A DNA stretch of 64,000 nucleotides from Candidatus Bathyarchaeota archaeon (GTDB lineage Archaea > Thermoproteota > Bathyarchaeia > Bathyarchaeales > Bathycorpusculaceae): positions 96,001 through 160,000 of the forward strand of contig CAVYRJ010000001.1 of the NCBI GenBank assembly GCA_963770935.1, read 5' to 3'. Position numbers and translations under genes: made by a program. Positions 20,386 through 29,823 of this stretch are shown piece after piece. Position 1 is the first letter of the stretch; every line of letters starts with the position of its first letter. The notes under the pieces were generated by a model that saw nothing but the letters and a program-made list of their open reading frames with translations, was not told the origin of the DNA and did not search any database.

Positions 20386-21138
20386 ATGAAAATCAGCATA
20401 CTCCACATGAAAATACGCAACACCATAGAAGACAACCTAACAGCCACGAAAAACGCAGTCCTAAAAGCCGCCAAACAAAACCCAATCCTAATTGCCCTCC
20501 CCGAATACTTCACTGTTCCAAACTGCATGGCAGATTTCACCGATGCCAAAAAAATATCCCAAGAAACTTGTGCCAAAACGCTGAATTTTTTACAGGAAAT
20601 TTCCCAAAAAATCGGTTGGGTATACCTGCTAGGCGGAACTGTCTTGGAAGAAGACGGAGGTAAATACTACAACACCAGCACGCTCTGGAGAAACGGTAAA
20701 CTTCTAGCAAAATATAAGAAAATCAGTCCCATTAAAGCTGAGCTTGAGGCAGGTGTCGCTAAAGGATCTACTCCCATTGTGATAGACACAGAATTAGGCA
20801 AGCTTGGAATGATTGTGTGCGCCGACACCTTTAACCCCGAAGTCGTCGAGGGTATCGCCGCCTTGGGGGCAGAAATTGTCTCGTTGCCCGTGGCTGCGAT
20901 GGGAACCCATCCAACAGTTCAAGGTCACCCCCTAACAGTTGGGATTGCCCGAAACTTCGGTTTCTACATCCTTAAAGTTGGCAATGTATGTTCAAACATG
21001 AGGGGAGGCCGAAGCGCCATAATTGCGCCCTGGGGAATTCTCGGAGAAGTTACTGACTCACCAGAAGACTCTATTTTGAGCGCAGATTTAGATATGCAGA
21101 TGCTAAGAGACTACCGAGCACAACTCAGTAAATCTTAG
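20386..21138 (+). CDS. Carbon-nitrogen hydrolase (nitrilase superfamily)
   Basis: E-K-C triad motifs LPEYF, KYKK and VCAD; GRSAIIAPWG. Start set at MKISILH. Confidence 0.9.
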   Translation: MKISILHMKIRNTIEDNLTATKNAVLKAAKQNPILIALPEYFTVPNCMADFTDAKKISQETCAKTLNFLQEISQKIGWVYLLGGTVLEEDGGKYYNTSTLWRNGKLLAKYKKISPIKAELEAGVAKGSTPIVIDTELGKLGMIVCADTFNPEVVEGIAALGAEIVSLPVAAMGTHPTVQGHPLTVGIARNFGFYILKVGNVCSNMRGGRSAIIAPWGILGEVTDSPEDSILSADLDMQMLRDYRAQLSKS

Positions 21139-22009
21139 CCCAAGATTCTACGATTCGATTCATTTCCTCAAACTCATATTGTGCAAGCCATTCTCTGAAG
21201 TCACTGTTCTGGACAGCAAACTTTGCAATTTGTTTTGCGTTCTCTGAATTATGTACGAGTAACAGTACTGCATCAATTTTGTGACGTGAAATGTAAGCCA
21301 CTGTTTTGAGAAGCGCATCGATTTTCTCGTCTGTTGGCATTTCAGCGCTGAGTTCTACAACAACGGGCTTCTTTAGTGTAGCAACGAAGTCGCGAACAAA
21401 CGTATCAACCCAGTAATTAGTCAAGTAATCCCTTGATGAGAGAGGCACATGGAAATAGTCAACCAGCTCAGCTATTGCGTTAAAATCTATCCCAAACCGC
21501 TCTTTAGCTAGGACAGGGTCAGGGAACATTTCAACCGCAAACACGCCTTTTGTGTGGGTTTTGGCCTCTTTGAGAAACTCGGTTATCGTTTGGGCGCGCC
21601 ATTTCGTCCAGTTTAAGCCACTTCTTTTTCTTTGCTCAGTACATCGGGGACATATGCAGTAATCTTCATCGGGAAAGTGGTAGAGGTTGAGTGTAACACC
21701 AGTGATGTCTTGTTTTGATATATTGTCAAGATAATTGAAGACTTTAGCTCGGTAGTCTGGGTGGGTGGGACAAACAAAGTCGAATGCTAAATTAGATTTC
21801 CTGTTCCTTCGCAGCGCAGGTCCACCTTTTGAGAGGGCAACGATGCTTGGGTCTTCGCGAATAGCTCTGGCATCACAAAAAACTGTAACATCATTCTGCA
21901 TTTCTTTTGCAGCTGGAAAAACTTGTCCGTCAACCCATTTTGAGAAAAAAACGTGTGGATCAAAGCCCTCAACTTTTTCAGGGGTGTATGTGACTAAGCC
22001 TATTTTCAT
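21125..22009 (-). CDS. Uncharacterised glycoside-hydrolase-like (GHL10/DUF4015-like) TIM-barrel protein with CxCxxC
   Basis: FVCPTHPDYR, HFPDEDYCICPRC, W..WR...IT.FL and ERFGIDF; paralog of 23413-24315. Confidence 0.6.
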   Translation of the reverse strand: MKIGLVTYTPEKVEGFDPHVFFSKWVDGQVFPAAKEMQNDVTVFCDARAIREDPSIVALSKGGPALRRNRKSNLAFDFVCPTHPDYRAKVFNYLDNISKQDITGVTLNLYHFPDEDYCICPRCTEQRKRSGLNWTKWRAQTITEFLKEAKTHTKGVFAVEMFPDPVLAKERFGIDFNAIAELVDYFHVPLSSRDYLTNYWVDTFVRDFVATLKKPVVVELSAEMPTDEKIDALLKTVAYISRHKIDAVLLLVHNSENAKQIAKFAVQNSDFREWLAQYEFEEMNRIVESWAKIY

Positions 22010-22068
22010 GCCCTATTCCTTCGCTCGCAACAAATATATTATTGGCGCTTATTTAATTGTTGATTCAA

Positions 22069-22287
22069 ATGGACAAACATAAAACCCCAATTACCATTGA
22101 TGCTACTAAATGTCCACCTTGCGCAGGGCAGGTTTGTATCGGTGTTTGTCCACAAGGCGCCCTTGAAGAGGGCAAAAACAGAAAGCCCCAAGTCATCTCA
22201 GTTGTCCAATGTACAAAATGTGGCGTATGTGTAAACCTGTGTCCAAATAAAGCCATCACTATAAATGTTAGCAACCCCAAAAAATAA
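22069..22287 (+). CDS. 2[4Fe-4S] ferredoxin-like protein
   Basis: CPPCAGQVCIGVCP and CTKCGVCVNLCP motifs. Confidence 0.85.
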   Translation: MDKHKTPITIDATKCPPCAGQVCIGVCPQGALEEGKNRKPQVISVVQCTKCGVCVNLCPNKAITINVSNPKK

Positions 22288-22305
22288 TGATGGGGACTGG
22301 CGGGT

Positions 22306-23343
22306 TTGGAACAAATCGACCTTTCAGACAATGTTAAACTGATTGTAAAAGAGAATGTACTAGCCATTTTTTGTGATAGTGCTTTAAAGACAGTTAGCTC
22401 AGCAATATACAATGGCGGGACCAATCAGGTTAAAGCTGTCCTCAATGTAGGGGTGCCGGAAGGTTATAGCGACCTTTCCTTGCACCTTGACCCGCTAGAA
22501 CTAATCACTTCATCGGCGGCAAAGCTTGGATTAACCAAAGAATACCTTGCAATGGTTACAGCTGCAAAGGTCAAAAATTATAGTTTAGTCTCCAAAAAAA
22601 GCGACAAATTCTCAGTTCATGTAGCGGCTACCGCAGGTTGCTCACACGGCGAATCTTCAGGCGAAGAGATGGATGTTCAAGAAATCGTAGGCACCATCAA
22701 CATTATTGTCTTAATCGATGGGAACCCGTCGGAGAGTTGCATGATTGCTGCGTTAATCACTGCCACTGAAGCGAAGTCTGCGGTGATGAGGGATTTTGAT
22801 GTTCGAAGCCACTATACGGGGGACTCCGCGACGGGCTCGATAACTGACAGTGTCACAGTTGCATCGACATGTAGTGGTAAAACTTTGAGTTTGGCTGGTC
22901 CGGCTTCGAATCTTGGTAAGCTGGTAGGACAATGTGCGAGGCGGGCGGTTACGGAGGCATTGCTTAAACAGGAACCAATTTGGGCTTGCCGAACAGTATT
23001 GGACAGACTTAAGGAGAGGCATATTGGACTTGAAAAAATGGCATCAGAAATATCCAAAGTTGAAGGTTTAACAGTCGGTGTCGAAGAGTTGACCAAGATT
23101 TTGAGGAACAATAAGCTTGCTGGTTTTTACTTGCTTGCTGCCGCGAAGATGGATGACGATTACAAGAAGAATTTGTTACCAAAAGACTTTACAAATTGGA
23201 CAGAGGTAAGCAAATGCTTTGGTACTTATACCCGACTCATGCGCAATTGTTCTAAGATGCCAAACTACGACTTTGTCGATTTGCCCCCGTTCCTAAAGCA
23301 TACATTAATCAAAATTGTCAAGAGTTCTCAATCTGAGCATTAA
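22306..23343 (+). CDS. cbiZ: Adenosylcobinamide amidohydrolase CbiZ with degenerate C-terminal CobZ/PgpA-like domain
   Basis: SSAIYNGG, MVTAA, ATAG, GTINII, TATEAK and ATGSITDSV motifs; about 120-aa C-terminal extension ending DLPPFLK. Confidence 0.85.
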   Translation: MEQIDLSDNVKLIVKENVLAIFCDSALKTVSSAIYNGGTNQVKAVLNVGVPEGYSDLSLHLDPLELITSSAAKLGLTKEYLAMVTAAKVKNYSLVSKKSDKFSVHVAATAGCSHGESSGEEMDVQEIVGTINIIVLIDGNPSESCMIAALITATEAKSAVMRDFDVRSHYTGDSATGSITDSVTVASTCSGKTLSLAGPASNLGKLVGQCARRAVTEALLKQEPIWACRTVLDRLKERHIGLEKMASEISKVEGLTVGVEELTKILRNNKLAGFYLLAAAKMDDDYKKNLLPKDFTNWTEVSKCFGTYTRLMRNCSKMPNYDFVDLPPFLKHTLIKIVKSSQSEH

Positions 23344-23412
23344 CTGAAAAGACTTAAATAACTTGAAATTTATTCCCGTAAATAAAAACAACAAAAATAA
23401 TGGTGATTAAAC

Positions 23413-24315
23413 TTGAAATTTGGCGTATTTCTCTATCAACCAGAGCCTGTTGAAGGTGTCGATTACAACTTCTACCGTCAAAAATCAGAATCTGGAATCG
23501 TTGGAAAACCAAATCCAAAAATGTACACTAACATCGCTGTCTTTGGCGATAATAACATGGCCGCGAAACGCCCAGATTGGGTATCCGTAAGCTCATACGG
23601 TCCAGCGCTCCGAACAAACAAACGCTTCAACCTCCGCTGGGACGTTGTATGTATGACTAACCCAGAAGCTAGAGAATACAACTTAAAAATCATCGCTGAA
23701 ACTGCTAAAGTAACTCCGGGCATCAGTATCAGCAGCCAACACTTTGCAGATCAGCATTTCTGTACTTGCCCAAGATGTATAGAGCAGCAACGTAAAAGCG
23801 GCTTAAAGTGGGTTGACTGGCGGGCGAAAGTTGTCACTGACTTCCTTGCTGAAGTTAAAGAAATAGTCTCCGGCAAACCACTCTTTGTCAACTGCCTCCC
23901 TGACCCATTAATGGGCAAGGAACGCTTCGGCTATGACTTTGAAGCCATGGCACAGTACGCTGACTACTTTGTAATCCCAATGTTCAGCAAAGCATACCCA
24001 ACCCCATGGTACTGGGAAACCATCGCAAGAGGCTATAAGAGCTTCCTAAAGAAGCCCGTCTTTGTAAACTTCTACGTCCGCGGACCAAACGAAACCTGGG
24101 ACACCGTTGCACCAACAAAACAAATCATGACAGTCGCAACACGTGTTGCACGCCAAGGCGTCGATGGCATCATCTTTCTGGCAGAAAAAGCCGAATACAT
24201 ACAAAAGTTCCAGAAAGAAGCAGCTGCAGACAAAGAAACCCGTGAGTTCCTCAAAGACCACGGCGGCGACGACGTCTTAGAACTCTTCAACCGCTGGGAA
24301 AAACTCTACAAATAG
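23413..24315 (+). CDS. Uncharacterised glycoside-hydrolase-like TIM-barrel protein with CxCxxC
   Basis: VCMTNPEAR, HFADQHFCTCPRC, WVDWR and ERFGYDF; paralog of 21125-22009. Confidence 0.6.
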   Translation: MKFGVFLYQPEPVEGVDYNFYRQKSESGIVGKPNPKMYTNIAVFGDNNMAAKRPDWVSVSSYGPALRTNKRFNLRWDVVCMTNPEAREYNLKIIAETAKVTPGISISSQHFADQHFCTCPRCIEQQRKSGLKWVDWRAKVVTDFLAEVKEIVSGKPLFVNCLPDPLMGKERFGYDFEAMAQYADYFVIPMFSKAYPTPWYWETIARGYKSFLKKPVFVNFYVRGPNETWDTVAPTKQIMTVATRVARQGVDGIIFLAEKAEYIQKFQKEAAADKETREFLKDHGGDDVLELFNRWEKLYK

Positions 24316-24441
24316 TTCCCATTCTTATTTTTAATTTTATTTTTTTTCCTGATAGCTTTAAGTTACCTGTATCATATTCTATTGATGTTGCCTTGGCAAT
24401 TTTCAAAATCTGAAATACAGAAAGATAGTGAATATAAAAAA

Positions 24442-24684
24442 ATGAAAATTATAAGAGGTTGGAAGATGTTGAGCCATGAATGTGGCTACTTAAACGATAA
24501 TTCAGGGCAAACCTTGGTCGTTTTGAAAAAGGAATACAGTAATAACTTTCATGTGCGGCTGTTTGAGTGCGGACAAACCAAGAAAGACGATGGCAAAACA
24601 ATCTCTCCTGACTATGCGACAAAGGCTAAAGCCGACGCGTTCGCGACCGATTGGATGCAGAAACATCCAACGGGCATGGCGTAA
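24442..24684 (+). CDS. Small hypothetical protein
   Basis: Plausible 80-aa ORF from MKIIRGW to AFATDWMQKHPTGMA. Confidence 0.6.
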   Translation: MKIIRGWKMLSHECGYLNDNSGQTLVVLKKEYSNNFHVRLFECGQTKKDDGKTISPDYATKAKADAFATDWMQKHPTGMA

Positions 24685-24763
24685 TCAAATATTTTGTTTT
24701 AGCCAGACACCAATAAAGGAATAATAAAGAAAAGCTTTTGTTAGGGTGGAATTTGAGTGAAAA

Positions 24764-24925
24764 TTAGGCTGTTGTTGCCTTAATTTGTGCATCTATTTTT
24801 CTTTGGCGTTTTTGCAGAAGTTTTCGTTTGTTTGCCTTAGGGTTTGGTTTCACTCTGTAGACTTTGCCGTGGGTATTCGTGTAGTACTTTTTTCCTTTAG
24901 CCTTTAGTTTTGTCTTTTTCTTCAA
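24764..24925 (-). CDS. Small, extremely basic protein (53 aa)
   Basis: GGAGG RBS before TTG at 24925; K/R-rich sequence KKKTKLKAKGKKYYTNTHGKVYRVKPNPKANKRK... Confidence 0.6.
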   Translation of the reverse strand: MKKKTKLKAKGKKYYTNTHGKVYRVKPNPKANKRKLLQKRQRKIDAQIKATTA

Positions 24926-25610
24926 GCGTATAGTCCCTCCTTGGCTCTCCAACAGGGAATTGTGCTATACAATACACCGTAACTATTTGAGTATGCCTAT
25001 AAAAAATAAAATGTACAAAGCGTGACTTCCTAGTTTTTAACCATTATTTGATATGTAAGTCGCCATTCATTTATAAGTCCGCAGCAAGTATATTTAATGA
25101 TCTTGTAAAACACTAAATTTTTTTGCAAGAACCTCAATGGAGAAGGCAACTATATGTACACTTACGAAAAACTCATTCAAGAAAAATTTAAATGCAGAAT
25201 ATGTTCATCAAGTTTCCAAACTCCCGACGAGCTACGTGCCCACAGAATGGTTGCCCACAAAGGACACATGCTTGCATTTAGGCGTTAAGTCCATTTTGTT
25301 TTTTTATTGTGTTAACCGAATACAATTTGTTTGCAATTAGCTAAAAGAAACCCATAAATCTACACAAGCAGCTACCCTTTATAGCGCATTAGAATAGTCA
25401 TACAAAAACCTAACATGGACACCCTGCAGAAAATGAGAATATAGAAAAGGGTTTATTTTTTTCCGAGCAATAAAGTGAGTAACAGTTGATTAGAATCGTT
25501 AAATACCTAATTTTTCTCCATCATCCATGATTTTTTAAGTCTTTTACTTTGTTTAGAAAACTATATAATGCATCTTCGCGTACAACCACTCACTCAAAAG
25601 GCGAACTACA

Positions 25611-26996
25611 TTGAAGGTTACTCTAGTCAATCCACCTTATCCATCAAATGCACATTCACATCCACCATTCATACCGTTGGGACTAGCATACCTTGGAGCA
25701 GTCGCCGAAAAAGCAGGCCATCAAGTTAGCATAATCGATTGCCAAGCAGAAAAACTATCCTACGACACTTTCCGACAAAGAATCGCAAAGGTTCCATCCG
25801 ACATTGTCGGCGTAACTTCCACCACACTTCTTTATAATTCAGCCAAAAAAATAATGGAAACCGCCAAGGAAGAACACCCAAAAGCCGTCAACATGATTGG
25901 CGGAAGCCATGTAAGCTTTTGGGACGAGAATGCCCTCAACGAATGCCCAAGCATAGATATTGTTGTGAGACGTGAAGGCGAATTTACATTTCTTGAGTTG
26001 CTGCAACGTATAGAAGCAGAAAAGAACTTTAATGGAGTCTTAGGTACAACATTCCGAGCAAGCGATAAGAAAATCCTTCGCAACGAAGACAGACCATTCC
26101 TACAAGACTTGGATTCTCTTCCTTCCCCAGCGTACCATTTGCTTCCTCTAAACGCATTCCGCCGTATGGGCAAAACCATCTTTCCCTTAGTTACTAGCCG
26201 TGGATGCGTTCAATGGTGTGACTTCTGCAGCACAGTACGCATGTTCGGCAGAGGCTACCGTGTACGAAACCCCAAATACGTGATAGACGAAATGGAAATG
26301 CTCCACAACAAGTACGGCGAAAGCCAATTCACATTCTACGACGACGCATTTACGGTAAATCGCCAGCACGTACTGAAAATGTGCGAGGACATCAAAACCC
26401 GCAAACTCAAAGTCACTTGGGACTGCGAAACACGGGTCGATATGGTTGACAAAGAACTGTTATCGGCAATGTATGATGCAGGATGCATAACTGTATGGTT
26501 CGGCGTAGAATCTGGCTCAGAGAAAATGCTCTGCCAAATGAATAAAAAAATAAAGCTAGAGGAAACACGCTCAGCTTTCAAGATAGCCCAGAAAGTGGGT
26601 TTGATGACTATTGCCAGTGCAGTCATAGGCTTCCCCGGCGAAACTGAAGAAACCGCTTGGGAAACGATCAACTTCATAAACTCCCTGAACCCCGACGACA
26701 TAGGCTTCTATGTAGCAACACCCTACCCTGGAACGCCAATGTATGAGGAAGTAATCAAAAACGGCTGGTTGCGAATAACCGACTTCAACAAATACGACAC
26801 AGCAACCCCAACTTTCGAGACACCATACCTGAGCATGGAAAGAATCCGTGAAATCAAGTACAAAGCTCACCAGAAGTTTTACCTACGCCCAAGCTACGTG
26901 TTCAAGATGATGCGAAAAGGCGGAACCTACGGCCGGTCTGGATTGAAAACGTCTGCGGCCTATGCACTCAGAGCCATGCACATAAAACTCTCCTAA
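25611..26996 (+). CDS. B12-binding radical SAM protein
   Basis: PLGLAYLGA, GGSH, RREGE, SRGCVQWCDFC, YDD, GVESG and TPYPGT. Confidence 0.92.
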   Translation: MKVTLVNPPYPSNAHSHPPFIPLGLAYLGAVAEKAGHQVSIIDCQAEKLSYDTFRQRIAKVPSDIVGVTSTTLLYNSAKKIMETAKEEHPKAVNMIGGSHVSFWDENALNECPSIDIVVRREGEFTFLELLQRIEAEKNFNGVLGTTFRASDKKILRNEDRPFLQDLDSLPSPAYHLLPLNAFRRMGKTIFPLVTSRGCVQWCDFCSTVRMFGRGYRVRNPKYVIDEMEMLHNKYGESQFTFYDDAFTVNRQHVLKMCEDIKTRKLKVTWDCETRVDMVDKELLSAMYDAGCITVWFGVESGSEKMLCQMNKKIKLEETRSAFKIAQKVGLMTIASAVIGFPGETEETAWETINFINSLNPDDIGFYVATPYPGTPMYEEVIKNGWLRITDFNKYDTATPTFETPYLSMERIREIKYKAHQKFYLRPSYVFKMMRKGGTYGRSGLKTSAAYALRAMHIKLS

Positions 26997-27094
26997 ACCT
27001 TCTTTTTCTAATATTTTGATTAATAATTGATAATTTAAGAAAGCAATATATTTAATCAACATAAGAATGTCCCCCTAGAAAGGCGCCAGCTGAA

Positions 27095-28477
27095 ATGAAA
27101 ATTACACTAGTTAATCCCCCTTATCCACCAAGCGTACATTCACATCCACCCTTTATCCCATTGGGCTTGGCATATTTGGGAGCAGTTGCAGAGAAAGCAG
27201 GCTACCAAGTCAAAGTTATTGATTGCCAGGCAGAAAAACTGACCTGCGAAACCTTCGGAGACCGCATCGCCCAAACGCCGTCTGACTTTATCGGGGTAAC
27301 AGCGACAACGCTACTCTACAAGTCCGCCATGAAGCTAATCACGATAGCTAAAAAGGCTCATCCACAAGCTGTCACGGTGCTCGGTGGATCACATGGAACT
27401 TTCTGGGACGAAAACGCCCTCAAAGAATATCCAAGCCTAGATATTGTCGTGCGAAGAGAAGGCGAATTAACTTTCATTGAACTCCTCGAAAAACTTCAGA
27501 ATAAAGGCAGCCTCAGCAACTTACTAGGCATCACCTACCGAAACGGCGACAAAACCATCCGAAATCCAGACAGACCCTTTATAGAAAACTTGGACCAACT
27601 GCCTTTTCCTGCGCATCATCTGCTGCCTCTTGAAAATTTAAAGCACAATGGTAAAATCCTGTTCCCCTTAGTCAGCAGTCGCGGATGTGTCTATTGGTGT
27701 GATTTCTGCAGCACAGTACGCATGTTCGGCAGAGGCTACCGAATGCGGAGTCCTAAAAACGTTGTAGACGAAATGCAGCTTGTACACGACAAATACGGCG
27801 TTGAACAAGTTACATTTTACGATGACGCATTTACTGTTGACCGCACTCGAGTGATGAAAATCTGCGAGGAGTTGCAATATAGAAAACTGCATATGATCTG
27901 GGATTGCGGTACCCGCGTGGATATGGTGGATCGTGAACTGATGAAAACTATGCATGCAGCGGGTTGCTTTGCGGTTTGGTTAGGTGTGGAGTCTGGTTCT
28001 GAAGCCATCCTTGGAGCGATGAACAAAAGTATCAAGCTGGATCAGACAAGAAAGGCATATAAAACGGCCCATGATGTAGGGTTGATGACGATTGCGAACG
28101 TCGTTTTAGGTTTTCCCGGGGAAACAGAAAAGACAGCTCGTGAAACCATCCGTTTCGTTAAAGAGTTGAACCCTGACGATGTGGGATTCTACATAGCTAC
28201 GCCTTATCCGGGCACACCAATGTACGAGGAAGTAAAGAAAAACGGTTGGCTAAAGACCACAGACTTTGATAAATATGATACTGCTGGTCCAACTTTTGAG
28301 ACACCCTCTTTGAGCATGGAGAAACTTACTAAACTCCGGTACAAAGCATATCAAGACTTTTACCTGAGGCCAAGCTATGTCCTAAGAATGATGCGTAGAG
28401 GAGGAACCTACGGCAGGGCAGCGGTTAAAACTTCAGGCGCTTATCTGCTCAGGTCGTTGCACGTTAAACTTTCGTAG
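27095..28477 (+). CDS. B12-binding radical SAM protein, tandem paralog
   Basis: Same motifs (SRGCVYWCDFC) and long identical peptide stretches shared with 25611-26996. Confidence 0.92.
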   Translation: MKITLVNPPYPPSVHSHPPFIPLGLAYLGAVAEKAGYQVKVIDCQAEKLTCETFGDRIAQTPSDFIGVTATTLLYKSAMKLITIAKKAHPQAVTVLGGSHGTFWDENALKEYPSLDIVVRREGELTFIELLEKLQNKGSLSNLLGITYRNGDKTIRNPDRPFIENLDQLPFPAHHLLPLENLKHNGKILFPLVSSRGCVYWCDFCSTVRMFGRGYRMRSPKNVVDEMQLVHDKYGVEQVTFYDDAFTVDRTRVMKICEELQYRKLHMIWDCGTRVDMVDRELMKTMHAAGCFAVWLGVESGSEAILGAMNKSIKLDQTRKAYKTAHDVGLMTIANVVLGFPGETEKTARETIRFVKELNPDDVGFYIATPYPGTPMYEEVKKNGWLKTTDFDKYDTAGPTFETPSLSMEKLTKLRYKAYQDFYLRPSYVLRMMRRGGTYGRAAVKTSGAYLLRSLHVKLS

Positions 28478-28843
28478 CTCCCGGCTTTTCCTAACCAAAG
28501 CAATTACTGCAAGAACCAGCACTAGCGCGCTAATCGAAATTGTAATTGAAGAAAAAGTAAAGCCGATGGATGATAATCCTAAGAACAAACCTACCAACCC
28601 GATTAAGCCAAAGCTTAACGCTACGGATAATACTATTTGTTCAACGAAATCTATTTTGTTTTTGCCCAAGAACAGTATGTTTACTAGACAGTATCCTGGA
28701 ATAAACGCTATAAAAACTGTACTTAATACATACCGAGGAACCAAAATAATCGAAATCTCTGGACTGCTTGGGATAAAATAAGTAACTAGTAATGTTAAAA
28801 CAGTGAATCCAACAATAATTTCAAACCATCTTAGCGGCTTCAG
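28433..28843 (-). CDS. DUF1616-like membrane protein (probable CTG start)
   Basis: FIPGYCLVNILF...EQIVLSVALS motif. The frame stays open upstream of the called start to CTG (LKPLRWFEIIVGFTVLTLLV), with a TAA two codons before it. Confidence 0.7.
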   Translation of the reverse strand: MKPLRWFEIIVGFTVLTLLVTYFIPSSPEISIILVPRYVLSTVFIAFIPGYCLVNILFLGKNKIDFVEQIVLSVALSFGLIGLVGLFLGLSSIGFTFSSITISISALVLVLAVIALVRKSRELRKFNVQRPEQISA

Positions 28844-28892
28844 ATTTTAGCCTTCAAAAATTTAAACAAATAAAAAATAAAGGAAGAAAATT

Positions 28893-29804
28893 TTACATAA
28901 AAGCCTTGTAGATCGGGTGAGTTTCTTCTAGTGGTCTAGTTCCAAGGTCGCCTGCTGCAGATGCGATGTATGTGTCGGTTACTGCGACGGCTGGGAATAC
29001 CCATTCAGCTTGTTCGGCTGGTCCAATCATAAGCCAGTTTGCGCCTGCGACTTGCATGATTGCGTTGGTTGCGGTTCTACATCCTGGGCGGAATTCTTTT
29101 GCAACGTTTGCTTTTACCCAACCCATGGTTGTGACAACGTTTCCGCTGCCTAATCCTGTAGGGTGACCATACTTTTCTTTCATTATGGGTATGGTTCTAA
29201 CTGCAGTTCCCATGTCTGGGGCAAACGCAGGGATAGCTGTGTCGACTAGGGGCTTTGTGATTCCACCTTTTTCAGCTAACGCTAAGGCTTCAACAATGAC
29301 CTTCATTTTGCCTTCAAGGGTGGTATCTTTTGGGTCGTCAGCAAGCACAATTGACATTTTAATGCCACTGTCTTTTAGGACGGCTAATTCAGCATCGGTT
29401 ACGCCTTTGTAAACTGAGTTGTAGAAGCATCGGTCTGAAAGACCCATCTTTTTTGCCATGGTTGCTGCTGCCATGCGCGTCTTTGGGCTCATAGCGTCAA
29501 GCATTAGTGGTGCGTCACTGTGTTTTGAGACAAAGTCAATGTACTTCTCGAATGCCAGTTCAGTAGTTCCTACAATGTCAAAACCGAACGGGACACCTGT
29601 AATATCGCTTTGAGTGTGCATTGTGTTAATGATTTGTTCTGCAACGGCAGCATCAAAAATTCCTTTATTTGCATCCGAAACCATTTTTTGGCCTAGCCAA
29701 AAGATTGAGCCAATCAAGAATGTAGGTAATTCTCCCGGTTGACCGCCTACTTTGACTTTTGCTATTTCGTAAACTTTTTGATTCGTGTTGAATTTAAAGG
29801 ACAT
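28893..29804 (-). CDS. mtrH: MtrH-family pterin-binding methyltransferase (corrinoid:H4MPT/THF methyltransferase)
   Basis: KVGGQPGELPT.LIGSIF, IFD...AE, YNSV, VDT and GPAE.A..VFPAVA. No other mtr subunits are present. Confidence 0.82.
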   Translation of the reverse strand: MSFKFNTNQKVYEIAKVKVGGQPGELPTFLIGSIFWLGQKMVSDANKGIFDAAVAEQIINTMHTQSDITGVPFGFDIVGTTELAFEKYIDFVSKHSDAPLMLDAMSPKTRMAAATMAKKMGLSDRCFYNSVYKGVTDAELAVLKDSGIKMSIVLADDPKDTTLEGKMKVIVEALALAEKGGITKPLVDTAIPAFAPDMGTAVRTIPIMKEKYGHPTGLGSGNVVTTMGWVKANVAKEFRPGCRTATNAIMQVAGANWLMIGPAEQAEWVFPAVAVTDTYIASAAGDLGTRPLEETHPIYKAFM

Positions 29805-29823
29805 TGTTCCACTTCAGAATTGA

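Noticed and set aside
25137-25340. 67-aa ORF in the long intergenic region
   Set aside because: It has no RBS, no recognisable motif and an atypical composition, so I left it uncalled.
28893-29804. Evidence for methanogenesis (Mtr complex)
   Set aside because: Only an MtrH-like soluble subunit is present; stand-alone homologs are common in non-methanogens.
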